Shown here in pieces: positions 9,482 to 19,181 of a DNA stretch of 21,593 bases; the stretch's first letter is position 1, and each line of letters starts with the position of its first letter. This stretch comes from an uncultured Clostridia bacterium. Lineage in GTDB: Bacteria; Bacillota; Clostridia; Christensenellales; Aristaeellaceae. Position numbers and translations under genes: made by a program. The notes beneath the pieces are model-generated. The model searched no databases. It saw only the letters and a program-made list of their open reading frames with translations, and was not told the DNA's origin. The stretch lies in contig CALGBY010000123.1 in assembly GCA_937886445.1 (NCBI GenBank), forward strand, positions 1 through 21,593, read 5' to 3'.

Positions 9482-10324
9482 TCAGTCAGCCTTTCTTTTT
9501 CTTTCCGAAAGAAGAGTTGCGACCTGAGCAAACCGGTCAGTATCCAGCATCTCACCGCGGATATTTCTATCCAGTCCGCACTTTTCAAGTATACAGCCTG
9601 CTTCATCCTTGCTGATGCCAAATGCTCCGCACAGGTTATTGACAAAGGTTTTTCTCCTCATCAAAAACGCAGCTTCAGCCGTTTTCATGAATATTTTCTC
9701 ATCAACTTCAGGATATTTTTTCACTTTGTCAAGCGTGATTTTCACAAATGCGCTGTCTACCTTGGGCGGCGGTGTAAATGCGGATGCAGGTACATCAAGA
9801 AGCTTCTCAGCATATCCCTTGTAAGCGCATCTTACCGACAGCATTCCGTACTGACTTTCTCCAGGCTTAGCGTAGATTCTCTCGGCTGCCTCCGCCTGTA
9901 CCATGAGTGAGATCGTTTGTATACCGCAGTCTTTCTTTAACAGATGATTTATGATATCAGTTGTGATATAATACGGTATGTTTGCCACAACATGAAAGGA
10001 TGAACAGCCGTTCATCACGGAATCGATATCGGTTTTCAGAATATCGGTGTGAATCAGTTCCACATTGCTGTATTTTCCGAGTGATACTCTCAGGATCGGA
10101 ATGAGTGTATCATCGATCTCTATCGTTACCACTCTTTTGCAGCGTCCGGCGAGATGTTCTGTCAGAGTACCTGCGCCTGTTCCGATTTCAAGCACAGAAT
10201 CGTCTTCGGTAACGCCGGCAAGATCAACAAGCTTATCGAGCAGGTCATCGTCAGTAATAAAGTTCTGCCCGAGGCTTTTTTTGTTATGAAAACCCGTATT
10301 GTTTTTTGAAAACTGTCTGCTCAT
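9482..10324 (-). CDS. rsmA: 16S rRNA (adenine1518/1519-N6)-dimethyltransferase
   Basis: 280 aa. SLGQNFI, SAM-binding EIGTGAGTLT, and NIPYYITT motifs of KsgA/RsmA. Starts 3 nt after the rpe stop. Confidence 0.92.
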   Translation of the reverse strand: MSRQFSKNNTGFHNKKSLGQNFITDDDLLDKLVDLAGVTEDDSVLEIGTGAGTLTEHLAGRCKRVVTIEIDDTLIPILRVSLGKYSNVELIHTDILKTDIDSVMNGCSSFHVVANIPYYITTDIINHLLKKDCGIQTISLMVQAEAAERIYAKPGESQYGMLSVRCAYKGYAEKLLDVPASAFTPPPKVDSAFVKITLDKVKKYPEVDEKIFMKTAEAAFLMRRKTFVNNLCGAFGISKDEAGCILEKCGLDRNIRGEMLDTDRFAQVATLLSERKRKAD

Positions 10325-10327
10325 TTC

Positions 10328-10963
10328 TTATACCCCGCCGAGCATTCTGATCGTAAGCTCAGGATCATCGCTTTTGAAAACGGAAGTACCCATCACAAAG
10401 GTATCCGCACCGGCAGCCAACAGCGAATCAAGGTTGCCAGATCCGACTCCCCCGTCAACGGATATTGCTTTTCCGAAGCCGTATTCTCTCAATTTTCTTA
10501 TTTTTTCCAGCATCTCAGGCATAAATTTTTGCCCGCCGAAGCCGGGTTCGACCGTCATGATAAGAATCAGGTCTGCCTTATCGACAAATGGGTACAGCTT
10601 TTCAACAGGAGTTCCCGGCTTTACCGAAATACCTGCAAGAGCTCCGCAGGAATGGATCAAGTTCACAGTGCTTACCGGATCATCTTCTGCTTCCAAATGG
10701 AATGTGATCGCGTCTGCTCCTGCATTTTTGAAAACAGATATATATTCTTTCGGGTTTGTCATCATAAGATGCACATCAAGCAAGAGATCGGGAAAACGTT
10801 TTTTTACTGCATTGCATAAAGAAGGGCCAAATGAAAGGTTGGGCACAAAATGTGCGTCCATCACATCAAAGTGAAGCCACTTCACAGCTTTTTCTACACG
10901 CTGGATATCTCTTTCAAGATTCAGCATATCTGCAGCCAGAATAGACGGGCGAATATCAATCAT
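10328..10963 (-). CDS. rpe: Ribulose-phosphate 3-epimerase
   Basis: 211 aa. PSILAAD, HFDVMDAHFVPNLSFG, MTVEPGFGGQKF, VDGG. ATGATTGA overlap with the rsgA stop. Confidence 0.93.
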   Translation of the reverse strand: MIDIRPSILAADMLNLERDIQRVEKAVKWLHFDVMDAHFVPNLSFGPSLCNAVKKRFPDLLLDVHLMMTNPKEYISVFKNAGADAITFHLEAEDDPVSTVNLIHSCGALAGISVKPGTPVEKLYPFVDKADLILIMTVEPGFGGQKFMPEMLEKIRKLREYGFGKAISVDGGVGSGNLDSLLAAGADTFVMGTSVFKSDDPELTIRMLGGV

Positions 10964-11837
10964 ATCTGTTTTTCCACCTTTCTTTATATTGAGAAAGCAG
11001 TATTTGGTATCTTTCGTATCGTTCTGATGCTATTGATCCGCCATTGACCGCTTCACGAACCGCACAGCCCGGTTCATGGTCATGGAAACACATTTGAAAA
11101 CGGCAGAGTTCCTTATACTGATCAAACTCAGGATAATATTCCTGAAGCTCCTGCGGATCCTCTGCCTCTCCGATATCCTCAAACAGGCTGAAACCCGGCG
11201 TATCCGCAACGGAAAAACCGTCAAAAGTAAACAGTTCCGAATGACGCGTTGTATTCTTTCCGCGTTCGATCTTCCCGCTGATCTCTCCTGTTTTCAGTTC
11301 AAGCCTGAGCATGCGGTTCATAAGTGTTGACTTGCCCACGCCTGACTGACCGGAAAAACAGCAAATATTCCCTTTGAGAGCATCGCGTACCGCGTCAAAA
11401 CCTACAGCATTTACTGCAGAGACTCTGAATATATCCGTCCCGGTATTTTTATACTGTAAACATACTTTTTCATACAGGCTGTTGTCTATATCGCACTTAT
11501 TAACGATCAAACAGGTTTTCAGCTTCTGCTTTGACGCGTATATCAGAAGCTTATCCACAAGAAGAAAATCCGGTTCCGGTTTCGGAGCGATGACAATACA
11601 GAAAAGTGATATATTCGCAACTGGCGGACGGAAGCATATACTGCTTCTGGGAAGGATCTCATCAATCCACCCCTGCTCTTCTGTTTGTCCGGGAGGAGTG
11701 AAATCGACACGATCACCTACAAGCGGAGTAATATGTTCAAAACGAAACCTTCTGCGTGCGCGCAGGGTATATATGTTGCCGTATTCATCCCTTACAGTAT
11801 AGAAACTGCCTCTTCCGCGTATAATAGTGCCTTTCAT
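10956..11837 (-). CDS. rsgA: Ribosome small-subunit-dependent GTPase A
   Basis: 293 aa. Circularly permuted GTPase order NKCD, then GQSGVGKST, then DTPG. C-terminal Zn-type CRFQMCFHDHEPGC. Confidence 0.9.
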   Translation of the reverse strand: MKGTIIRGRGSFYTVRDEYGNIYTLRARRRFRFEHITPLVGDRVDFTPPGQTEEQGWIDEILPRSSICFRPPVANISLFCIVIAPKPEPDFLLVDKLLIYASKQKLKTCLIVNKCDIDNSLYEKVCLQYKNTGTDIFRVSAVNAVGFDAVRDALKGNICCFSGQSGVGKSTLMNRMLRLELKTGEISGKIERGKNTTRHSELFTFDGFSVADTPGFSLFEDIGEAEDPQELQEYYPEFDQYKELCRFQMCFHDHEPGCAVREAVNGGSIASERYERYQILLSQYKERWKNRYD

Positions 11838-13537
11838 TATTCTCTTCTTTCCTGATTTGAATAATCATCCACATAGACATACAGATCGATATTAACATCC
11901 AGCACAGATCTTTCTCCGGGCAAAAGTTGCTTTTCGTAACATGTAAACGACTGTTCAAATACGGTTCCGATCGTTTCCGCCTTTGATCCCGGTACCTCTT
12001 TTATACAGAGTTCTCCGCAAAATCCGATCTCCTCAAGCAGGCTGATCGCCTCTTCTGTCGCAGAACCGATCAAATTCGGTATTTCAACAGATCCGCCGCT
12101 CAGATAAATTTCCGCTGTTTCTCCGGTTTTTACAAGATTACCGGCAATCGGGGATTGGCTGATCACAGTTCCGTATTCTTTTGTGCTTCGCTGTTTTTCT
12201 GCTGATACTGTAATGGTCAGCCCTGCCCTTTCTGCTTCATAGATGGCTTCCTCAACTGTTTTTCCGTAAAGGTCGGGCATCTGCTTATATTCGCTGCCTG
12301 TTGAGACCCATACGAAAACAGTTTCTCCCTTTCTCTTGGAGGTGCCCCAGGCGGGAACAGTTTCGCATACAGTACCTGCGGGATAATCCTCGCTTGCTTT
12401 CATTCCCTGTACTTTGTAAACAAGACCATCAACCTTTTCAATCTGATATCTTGCATCTTCTTCTGTTCTTCCGAGGATATTCGGCACAGTTCTTGTGTTG
12501 ACGATCAGATCGATTATCAGCGGCACCGAAACCGCGATCACTGCAACAGAAAGAGCAATGATTGAAAACATGATGATGGTTTGCTTATACTTCGCGTTTT
12601 GCGTCGCTGCGGTCGATCCTGCATGACTGAGCAGCCGGCTGTTCTTTTTTTCTGATTTATTATGACCGAGCAGAAAACCATGAACTGCCGTATCAGAGTC
12701 ATCGTACTCGCTGATCGCAGGCTGGTCAACAGCGTCCTGTAAGGCCTTGGCCATTTCGTAGGCGCTCTGGTATCTGTCTTCAGGGCGCTTGGACATCGCT
12801 TTGTAAATGATCTGCTCTGTTTTGAGAGAAACATTTTTGTTGATCGCTCTTACAGACGGAACCTCCGCATTGATATGCTGCATTGCCACCGTAACGGTGG
12901 AATCGCCGTCAAACGGCACTTTTCCCGTGAGCATTTCAAAAAGCACAACGCCTGCAGAATAGATATCACTTGCAAAGGTGACATCATGACCGCTTGCCTG
13001 TTCAGGCGAAATATAGAGCACGGAACCCATTACGCTTTTCTGATCATTAACGGTATTTCTTCCAACGAGCCGTGCTATGCCGAAATCAGCTACCTTGATA
13101 TGTCCTTCAGAGTGGACAAGAATATTCTGAGGCTTGATGTCTCTGTGAATGATATTATTCTTATGCGCGTGCTGAAGGGCGGAAAGGATGCGCACAGTGA
13201 TCTGAACCGCTACTTCCTCGGCAAGCGGAGCTTTTTCGTCAATAACCTCCTTCAGCGTTTTTCCGTTGACATACTCCATTACGATATAGTGACAGTTACC
13301 GCTGTTGCCTACATCAAGGAGGTTAACGATATTGTGATGGCTCATTTTGCTGGCGGCGACAGCCTCGCGGTTGAAACGGTCTACGAACTCATTGTCACCG
13401 TTGTATTCAGGCTTCAGGATTTTTACTGCAACATCATGACCGGTTCTGTGATCGCGCGCAAGATAAACAAGGGCCATTCCGCCTTTGCCGACAAATTCTG
13501 TTATTTCATATCTGTTATCAAGCAATTCGCCGATCAT
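11837..13537 (-). CDS. prkC: Hanks-type Ser/Thr protein kinase with three PASTA repeats
   Basis: 566 aa. GKGGMALVY, VAVK, HRDIKPQN, DFG, SPE. One TM (IIMFSIIALSVAVIAVSVPLII). Three repeats open with VPNILGRTEEDA, MPDLYGKTVEEA and IPNLIGSATEEA. Confidence 0.92.
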   Translation of the reverse strand: MIGELLDNRYEITEFVGKGGMALVYLARDHRTGHDVAVKILKPEYNGDNEFVDRFNREAVAASKMSHHNIVNLLDVGNSGNCHYIVMEYVNGKTLKEVIDEKAPLAEEVAVQITVRILSALQHAHKNNIIHRDIKPQNILVHSEGHIKVADFGIARLVGRNTVNDQKSVMGSVLYISPEQASGHDVTFASDIYSAGVVLFEMLTGKVPFDGDSTVTVAMQHINAEVPSVRAINKNVSLKTEQIIYKAMSKRPEDRYQSAYEMAKALQDAVDQPAISEYDDSDTAVHGFLLGHNKSEKKNSRLLSHAGSTAATQNAKYKQTIIMFSIIALSVAVIAVSVPLIIDLIVNTRTVPNILGRTEEDARYQIEKVDGLVYKVQGMKASEDYPAGTVCETVPAWGTSKRKGETVFVWVSTGSEYKQMPDLYGKTVEEAIYEAERAGLTITVSAEKQRSTKEYGTVISQSPIAGNLVKTGETAEIYLSGGSVEIPNLIGSATEEAISLLEEIGFCGELCIKEVPGSKAETIGTVFEQSFTCYEKQLLPGERSVLDVNIDLYVYVDDYSNQERRE

Positions 13538-14238
13538 AAGCTCACCTCGGCAATGACGAAGGATACATTATCAGTACCACCTGCGGCAAGCGTTTCATTC
13601 AGAAAGGCATCTGCGGCTATTTCAATTTGCTCATATTTCATGATCTCGGATATTCTTGCTTCGCTGATATGCTCTGTAAGGCCGTCTGAGCAAATCAGAT
13701 AACGGTCGCCTGCAGAACAGTCAATGGAAAAAATATCTGTTTCTACTGTTTCATCGGTACCGATCGCACGCGTGATACAGCTTCTGTAGGGACTGATCCT
13801 TGCTTTTTCTTCAGAAAGTACGCCGCTTTCGATCATTTCCTGCACGATCGAATGATCTCTTGTGATCCTTTTCAACATATTGTTTCGGAAAAGATAAACT
13901 CTGCTGTCTCCGATATTTGCACACAGAAGCTTACTATCCTGTGCCCAGATCAATGCCAGGGTCGTGCCCATTCCGGAAAGTGAAGTATCGGATAACTGCC
14001 TTTCATATACTTCTTTGTTTGCCTTGCGTACAGCATCAATGATGTTTTTATCATTGAAGTCAGCCGTCGAAAGAGATGCCTCAACAGATTCAACGGTCAT
14101 TCTGCTGGCGATATCACCGGCGTTATGCCCGCCCATACCATCTGCCACGGCAAAAAGAGTGTTCTGCGGCGCAAAAAGAACAGCATCCTGATTGCTTGCG
14201 CGAATATTTCCTTTATGTGTACGAAATACTGCTTTCAT
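13534..14238 (-). CDS. stp: PP2C-family Ser/Thr phosphatase
   Basis: 234 aa. RASNQDA, ADGMGGHNAG, GTDNVS. ATGA overlap with the prkC start. AAAGGGA RBS. Confidence 0.9.
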   Translation of the reverse strand: MKAVFRTHKGNIRASNQDAVLFAPQNTLFAVADGMGGHNAGDIASRMTVESVEASLSTADFNDKNIIDAVRKANKEVYERQLSDTSLSGMGTTLALIWAQDSKLLCANIGDSRVYLFRNNMLKRITRDHSIVQEMIESGVLSEEKARISPYRSCITRAIGTDETVETDIFSIDCSAGDRYLICSDGLTEHISEARISEIMKYEQIEIAADAFLNETLAAGGTDNVSFVIAEVSL

Positions 14239-15277
14239 GGGCTTTTTCCCTTTCTTCTATGCGGTGTTTTCTCAATTGACCGCATGCGCCTTCTATGTCA
14301 TCTCCCATTTCACGTCTTCTGGTTGCTGATATCCCGGCGCTTTCCAGCTCGGTCAAAAATTCCGCTATCTCCTTTTCATTTACACCGATCAGGTTTCTTT
14401 CCTTAACGGTATTCAAAGGTATCAGGTTGACATGACATTGCATTCCTCTCAGCCGCGAAGCCAGCTTTTTCGCATGGGCCGGTGAAGCGTTGATATTGCG
14501 GATCAGGGCATATTCAAAGATCACTCTTCTCCCGGTTTTCTCTATATAGTATTCACATGCCTTAATGATCTCATCAATACTGTATTTCAAAGCGATTGGC
14601 ATGATCTGTTTACGAATGGTGTCATCCGGTGCGTGAAGAGATACAGAAAGCGTGACGGGAAGCTTTTCATCAGCAAGCCTGTACATATTCTCGACCAGCC
14701 CGCAGGTGGAGAGCGAAATATGCCTTGCCGAAAGGTTTTGACCTTTTTCACCGGTTATCAGCCTGATAAAGCGAACTGTTTCGTCATAATTATCCAGAGG
14801 CTCTCCGCTGCCCATCAGCACGATATGGCCGATGCGCTCTCCTTCGGGCAAAAGCTTTCCGGCTGTTATGTATTCCCCCAGCATTTCGGCTGCTGTGAGA
14901 TCCCTTACTTTCCCTTCCAATGTACTGGCGCAGAAGCGGCATCCCATTCGGCATCCGACCTGGGTAGAAATACACAGGGAATAGCCGTAATGATAGTGCA
15001 TCAGCACCCCTTCAATACAGTTTCCGTCCTTCAGTTCAAACAATATCTTTCGGGTATCATCATGAACTGAACTGACGCACTCCCGTATTGATACCGGACA
15101 TGCTACATGCTCCTGTTTCAGCCTGTCCCTCAAAGATTGAGGCAGATTATTCATTTCATCAAAATCTGTTCCTCTTTGAAGCCACTCATAGATCTGATTC
15201 GCGCGAAATTTCTTTTCGCCCATTGCGATGATCAGTTCAGTAAGTTCTTCGGGAAACAATTCCAGCAGCTGAGCCAT
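14213..15277 (-). CDS. rlmN: 23S rRNA/tRNA (adenine-C2)-methyltransferase, radical SAM
   Basis: Radical-SAM CRMGCRFC, GSGEPL, C-terminal GACGQL. I prefer ATG 15277 (GAAAGG about 10 nt upstream) over the track's GTG at 15295, which has no RBS. The start is uncertain by 18 nt. Confidence 0.88.
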   Translation of the reverse strand: MAQLLELFPEELTELIIAMGEKKFRANQIYEWLQRGTDFDEMNNLPQSLRDRLKQEHVACPVSIRECVSSVHDDTRKILFELKDGNCIEGVLMHYHYGYSLCISTQVGCRMGCRFCASTLEGKVRDLTAAEMLGEYITAGKLLPEGERIGHIVLMGSGEPLDNYDETVRFIRLITGEKGQNLSARHISLSTCGLVENMYRLADEKLPVTLSVSLHAPDDTIRKQIMPIALKYSIDEIIKACEYYIEKTGRRVIFEYALIRNINASPAHAKKLASRLRGMQCHVNLIPLNTVKERNLIGVNEKEIAEFLTELESAGISATRRREMGDDIEGACGQLRKHRIEEREKAHESSISYT

Positions 15278-15284
15278 TTGCTTA

Positions 15285-16946
15285 TTACCTTTCACGCTTC
15301 ATAACGGCGATAAAGAAGCCTTCCGTATCATCTCTGAACGGGAGAAGCTGCAGCCCGAGCGGGGTGCAGTGCTGTCTGTATTTTTCAGGTATGCTTTCAG
15401 GAAGAGATGCGATAACGAAATCCTGATGCTTTTCAAGGAAATGCCTGATCTGCTCACTGTTTTCCTGAGAAAGCACAGAACAGGTGGAATAAACGAATGT
15501 TCCGCCCTTTCTTACATATGATGAGCATACATCCAGCAGCTTTTCCTGAATACCGCACAGCTCCGCAACGGATTCTTCACTTATCCTCAGTTTGATGTCG
15601 GGTTTATCATCCATTACACCAAGTCCGCTGCAGGGCGCATCAAGAAGTACAGCATCCATGCTGTCAACAAGATCTTCTTTCAATATAGCGGCATCGTGCA
15701 GTGCGGGCCGAACATTTTCAAGATGCAGCCTGTTTTTCATGGCGTGAATAAGGGCTACACGGTGCTCATGCATATCCCAGGCATAGATTCTGCCTGTCCC
15801 CTGCATCATTTCAGCCATACAGGCTGTTTTACCGCCCGGAGCGGCACAGCAATCCAGTACTTTCATTCCCGGCTTTACATTCATCGCGCGTGCACAGACA
15901 ATGCTTGATTCACCCTGCACGGAAAAGTTACCGGAAAGATAATCGTTATCGCGGGCCAGTTCCGAAATTCCGTATACGCGCCAAACGCCCGGCAGAATAC
16001 TTTTCTCCTTTTCCCATACTTTTTTTCCGAGAACGTTTTTTTCAAACAAATCATCCGACGGGTACAACAAGCCGTTTTTTCTGAGCGTGATGTAGTGTCT
16101 GTCTTTTCTGAAAGCACATATCGCTTTTGCTGTTTCATAGCCGTAAGCTTCGCAAAGCCTTTTGCAGATCCATTCAGGCATGCTGTACATAAAAGAAAGG
16201 TACTCTATAGGAGCTTTCTCTTCATCAGGATAAGCAATACTTTCTTTTTTGCGAAGTATCTCACGCAGCGTGGCATTCACAAGAGCGCATAGCTTTTCGA
16301 GCTTCAGAAAACGGGCGATCTTTACAGCTTCATCAACGATCGCGTTTTCCGGTATCCTGTCATGGAAGAAGATCTGCGCGACACCAAGCCGCAGATCATT
16401 TGTGATCGCGGAAGGCAGGTTATCTTTTTCCTTAAGGAACATATCCAGTATCCGGTCAATAAAAAGCATGTTCTCAAGGGTAGTATACACCAGCCTGCCG
16501 GTCAGACGTTTATCTGCCTGTATCATATTTACGCTTTGCAATCTTGCGTCCAGTGCCGCGGAAGCATAGCTGTCCTTGAAAAGAACATCCTCAAGTGTGA
16601 GCAGCGCTACAAAACGCGGTGTATCGGCAATGCTGATTTTCTTTACAGCAGGAACGGCACCCTGTGAGCGGAACGCGGGTCTTGAAAATTTAGTATTCCC
16701 GCCTTTGGATGAAGCGACGGCAGGCTGTTTGAAACCGGGCCGATCATGTTTTTCAAACGGATGTCTTGTGCCATCGGATGAAGCATTACCGGGTTGTTTG
16801 AAACCATGCCGTACACGATCTTCAAACTTATTTCCGCTTTTGTCATGTTGCGCAAATTTACCGACGTTATTGTGATTTTGATGCGGATTTCTGTTTGGTG
16901 TATTTTTGCTTTCAGATAATCCTTTGCCTGTTCTCTTTTCAGTCAT
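15285..16946 (-). CDS. rsmB: 16S rRNA (cytosine967-C5)-methyltransferase with about 105-aa basic N-terminal extension
   Basis: 553 aa. NusB-like region, then NOL1/NOP2/Sun motifs CCAAPGGKT, DAPCSGLG, YSTCS. The ATG overlaps the fmt stop (AATGACTGA). Confidence 0.88.
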   Translation of the reverse strand: MTEKRTGKGLSESKNTPNRNPHQNHNNVGKFAQHDKSGNKFEDRVRHGFKQPGNASSDGTRHPFEKHDRPGFKQPAVASSKGGNTKFSRPAFRSQGAVPAVKKISIADTPRFVALLTLEDVLFKDSYASAALDARLQSVNMIQADKRLTGRLVYTTLENMLFIDRILDMFLKEKDNLPSAITNDLRLGVAQIFFHDRIPENAIVDEAVKIARFLKLEKLCALVNATLREILRKKESIAYPDEEKAPIEYLSFMYSMPEWICKRLCEAYGYETAKAICAFRKDRHYITLRKNGLLYPSDDLFEKNVLGKKVWEKEKSILPGVWRVYGISELARDNDYLSGNFSVQGESSIVCARAMNVKPGMKVLDCCAAPGGKTACMAEMMQGTGRIYAWDMHEHRVALIHAMKNRLHLENVRPALHDAAILKEDLVDSMDAVLLDAPCSGLGVMDDKPDIKLRISEESVAELCGIQEKLLDVCSSYVRKGGTFVYSTCSVLSQENSEQIRHFLEKHQDFVIASLPESIPEKYRQHCTPLGLQLLPFRDDTEGFFIAVMKRER

Positions 16947-17874
16947 TTACATCGCCTCCGGCATATTGAGCGCTAAAGCTATGCCCTCTCAGATAGTCTT
17001 TTGCCTTCATGCGTTTCCCGCCGGGTACCTGTATTTCTCCTATTTCAAGTGAGCCTTTCCCGCAGGAGATCACAAGACCGTTTCTGGCATCAGCATACAG
17101 CAGTTCACCGGGCTTGCCGCTTTGTTCAGCAACAGAAGCAGACCAGATCTTCACTGTTTCATTCCCGATGCTTGTGTAGGCTCCGGGCCAGGGTGAAACA
17201 CCCCGAATCAGGCAGTGAATGCTTTCAGCGGAATCATTCCAGTTGATCAGACCGTTTTGCTTTTCAAGCATCGGCTCATAAGTCATCTGCGATTCATCCT
17301 GCGGTGTTCTCGGGCATTCACCGAGTTCGATCAGCTTAAGGGTTTTTATCAGCAGCCCGGCACCGATTTGAGCAAGCCGTTCTGTCAGTTCACCTGCTGT
17401 TTCATCGTTGCCGATCGCTGTTTTTTCGCTCAAAAGGATATCACCGGCATCCATTTTTCGTACCGTGAACATCGTGGTCACGCCGGTCTCTTTTTCGCCT
17501 TTTATCACGCTCCAGTTGATCGGGGCGCTTCCGCGGTGCTTGGGTAAAAGAGAAGCGTGCACATTTACGGTACCGTATTTAGGCACAGCAAGAAGCTCTT
17601 CAGAAAGAAACTGTCCGAAAGCAGCCGTAACACACACATCAGGAGCGATTGAACGCAAGATCTCTGCGCATTCCCTACTGATTTTTTCAGGCTGATATAC
17701 AGGAATACCGTGTTCAATTGCGGCTTGCTTTACAGGGCTTGCTACCGTCTTGTTTCCCCTTCCGGCTTGTCTGTCCGGCTGGGTAAAAACCGCCGCAACT
17801 TCATAACCACTGCTGATCAGCTTTCTCAGAGAGACTGCGCCGAATTCGGGCGTGCCCATAAATACTACTCGCAT
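16939..17874 (-). CDS. fmt: Methionyl-tRNA formyltransferase
   Basis: 311 aa. MRVVFMGTPEF, HASLLPKHRGSAPI. TGATG one-nt overlap with the def stop. Confidence 0.93.
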   Translation of the reverse strand: MRVVFMGTPEFGAVSLRKLISSGYEVAAVFTQPDRQAGRGNKTVASPVKQAAIEHGIPVYQPEKISRECAEILRSIAPDVCVTAAFGQFLSEELLAVPKYGTVNVHASLLPKHRGSAPINWSVIKGEKETGVTTMFTVRKMDAGDILLSEKTAIGNDETAGELTERLAQIGAGLLIKTLKLIELGECPRTPQDESQMTYEPMLEKQNGLINWNDSAESIHCLIRGVSPWPGAYTSIGNETVKIWSASVAEQSGKPGELLYADARNGLVISCGKGSLEIGEIQVPGGKRMKAKDYLRGHSFSAQYAGGDVND

Positions 17875-18338
17875 CAGTTTTCTCCGTCCTTGTCAAAAAT
17901 CTCATGATCCATGATATCGATATACAGCTTCCCATCCAGATGATCTATTTCGTGGCAGAGAGCTCTTGCAAGCAGCCCTTCACCGGTTATCTCAAAATGC
18001 TTTCCGTTTCTGTTCTGAGCGCGTACGGTCACTTTGGCAGGGCGGCGCACAAAACCGCTTCTTCCGGGAAGACTCAGGCAGCCTTCGCTGCCGGCCTGCT
18101 CTCCTTCGGCGGAGATGATCTCCGGGTTTACCAGTTCAATAAGGCCGTCCCCTACATCGATCACAACCACACGGCGCAAAATGCCTACCTGCGGTGCGGC
18201 AAGTCCCACTCCGTCCGCTTCATACATGGTCTCCTTCATATCACGCAGGAGAAGCCAGAGACGAAGATCGAACTTCTCCATTTTTTTGCATGTTTTTCTG
18301 AGTGCGTCATCACCGAGCTTTACGATTTTGCGAACCAT
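17874..18338 (-). CDS. def: Peptide deformylase
   Basis: 154 aa. Motifs GVGLAAPQ, EGCLS, HEIDHL. AGGAG RBS (complement of 18346-18350). Confidence 0.93.
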   Translation of the reverse strand: MVRKIVKLGDDALRKTCKKMEKFDLRLWLLLRDMKETMYEADGVGLAAPQVGILRRVVVIDVGDGLIELVNPEIISAEGEQAGSEGCLSLPGRSGFVRRPAKVTVRAQNRNGKHFEITGEGLLARALCHEIDHLDGKLYIDIMDHEIFDKDGEN

Positions 18339-18375
18339 TTTATGTCTCCTTTTGATATATTAAGAACGCATTCAT

Positions 18376-18404
18376 ATTATAGAACAATATGTGCTAAATA
18401 TCAA
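18376..18404 (-). promoter_or_regulatory. Putative sigma-A promoter of the def...rsmA operon (TTGATA -17- TATAAT)
   Basis: On the minus strand: TTGATA (complement of 18399-18404), 17-nt spacer, TATAAT (complement of 18376-18381). About 38 nt upstream of the def ATG. Confidence 0.55.
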
Positions 18405-18416
18405 TAAATCTACCGG

Positions 18417-18920
18417 TCATTTGTTATCCGTAAGTGAATAACAGCAAAGAAATTCCTTCAGAGCGGTGTACTCCCTCAAATACGATCCGCGTTTTTCTTC
18501 ATTGGTATCAGCATAGGACTGATGCTTCGCGAAGATTTCAAACGCATCGCTGACAGGAATCCAAACGGGTTCAAGCCCGCGCTTTGCTTCCGCGTCAGTA
18601 AGGTGCATTTGTCCGCGCCCTGTTACCGCGCCGATGAAGTAATGACTGATATAGCGATACTCCTCATAGTATTCGAACAAAGTCAGAAAATGTTGTACCG
18701 GCTTTATGATCATCCCGGTTTCCTCTTCTGCCTCACGAATACAGCATGCTTCCGGTGTTTCTCCGCTTTCCATGCCTCCTCCGGGAATAAGCCACCAGCC
18801 GGTTTGGGTTTCATGAACAAGCAAGATATCTCTGTCACGTAATATCAACGCTCTGCAGCCGGAACGGGTTTTTGAGAAGGATGGGAATCGATTTGCTCCG
18901 AAAATCTCAATCTCTTTCAT
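18417..18920 (-). CDS. NUDIX hydrolase
   Basis: Nudix box GGGMESGETPEACCIREAEEETG. ATG at 18920 is preceded by GGGAGGGGAAAG. The track's longer form (to 18953) starts on TTG with no RBS. Confidence 0.8.
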   Translation of the reverse strand: MKEIEIFGANRFPSFSKTRSGCRALILRDRDILLVHETQTGWWLIPGGGMESGETPEACCIREAEEETGMIIKPVQHFLTLFEYYEEYRYISHYFIGAVTGRGQMHLTDAEAKRGLEPVWIPVSDAFEIFAKHQSYADTNEEKRGSYLREYTALKEFLCCYSLTDNK

Positions 18921-18982
18921 ATACTTTCCCCTCCCGACAACGTAATAAGCCAATAAAAGTGCACTAAATATTTATCAATCAG

Positions 18983-19011
18983 ATTATATCTTAATTCAGT
19001 TTTCTGCTCAA
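18983..19011 (-). promoter_or_regulatory. Putative sigma-A promoter for the NUDIX gene (TTGAGC -17- TATAAT)
   Basis: On the minus strand: TTGAGC (complement of 19006-19011), 17-nt spacer, TATAAT (complement of 18983-18988). Confidence 0.5.
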
Positions 19012-19181
19012 GTATGAATACGAAAAATATTTGATATATCAGCGCGGCCGATGTTCATATCTGCCATCATAGTGATATACATTTGTTGACTGTTACGGTT
19101 TCCTCGTTTTGTCAAACTTTATCAAAGGACGTAACAGCTTGACAACTGACAACTTGACATGAATCGGCTTCTGTTTCACTA

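Noticed and set aside
12875-13702. 275-aa + strand ORF antisense to prkC/stp. Similar long antisense ORFs occur at 10299-10874, 77-502, 1440-1802, 17904-18407 and 16249-16875.
   Set aside because: Each lies entirely inside a strongly supported gene on the opposite strand. They have no RBS, and their translations are low in complexity or carry no motifs. They are shadow ORFs.
18921-18953. TTG-initiated 178-aa form of the NUDIX protein
   Set aside because: There is no RBS before the TTG. The strong GGGAGGGGAAAG lies directly upstream of the internal ATG at 18920.
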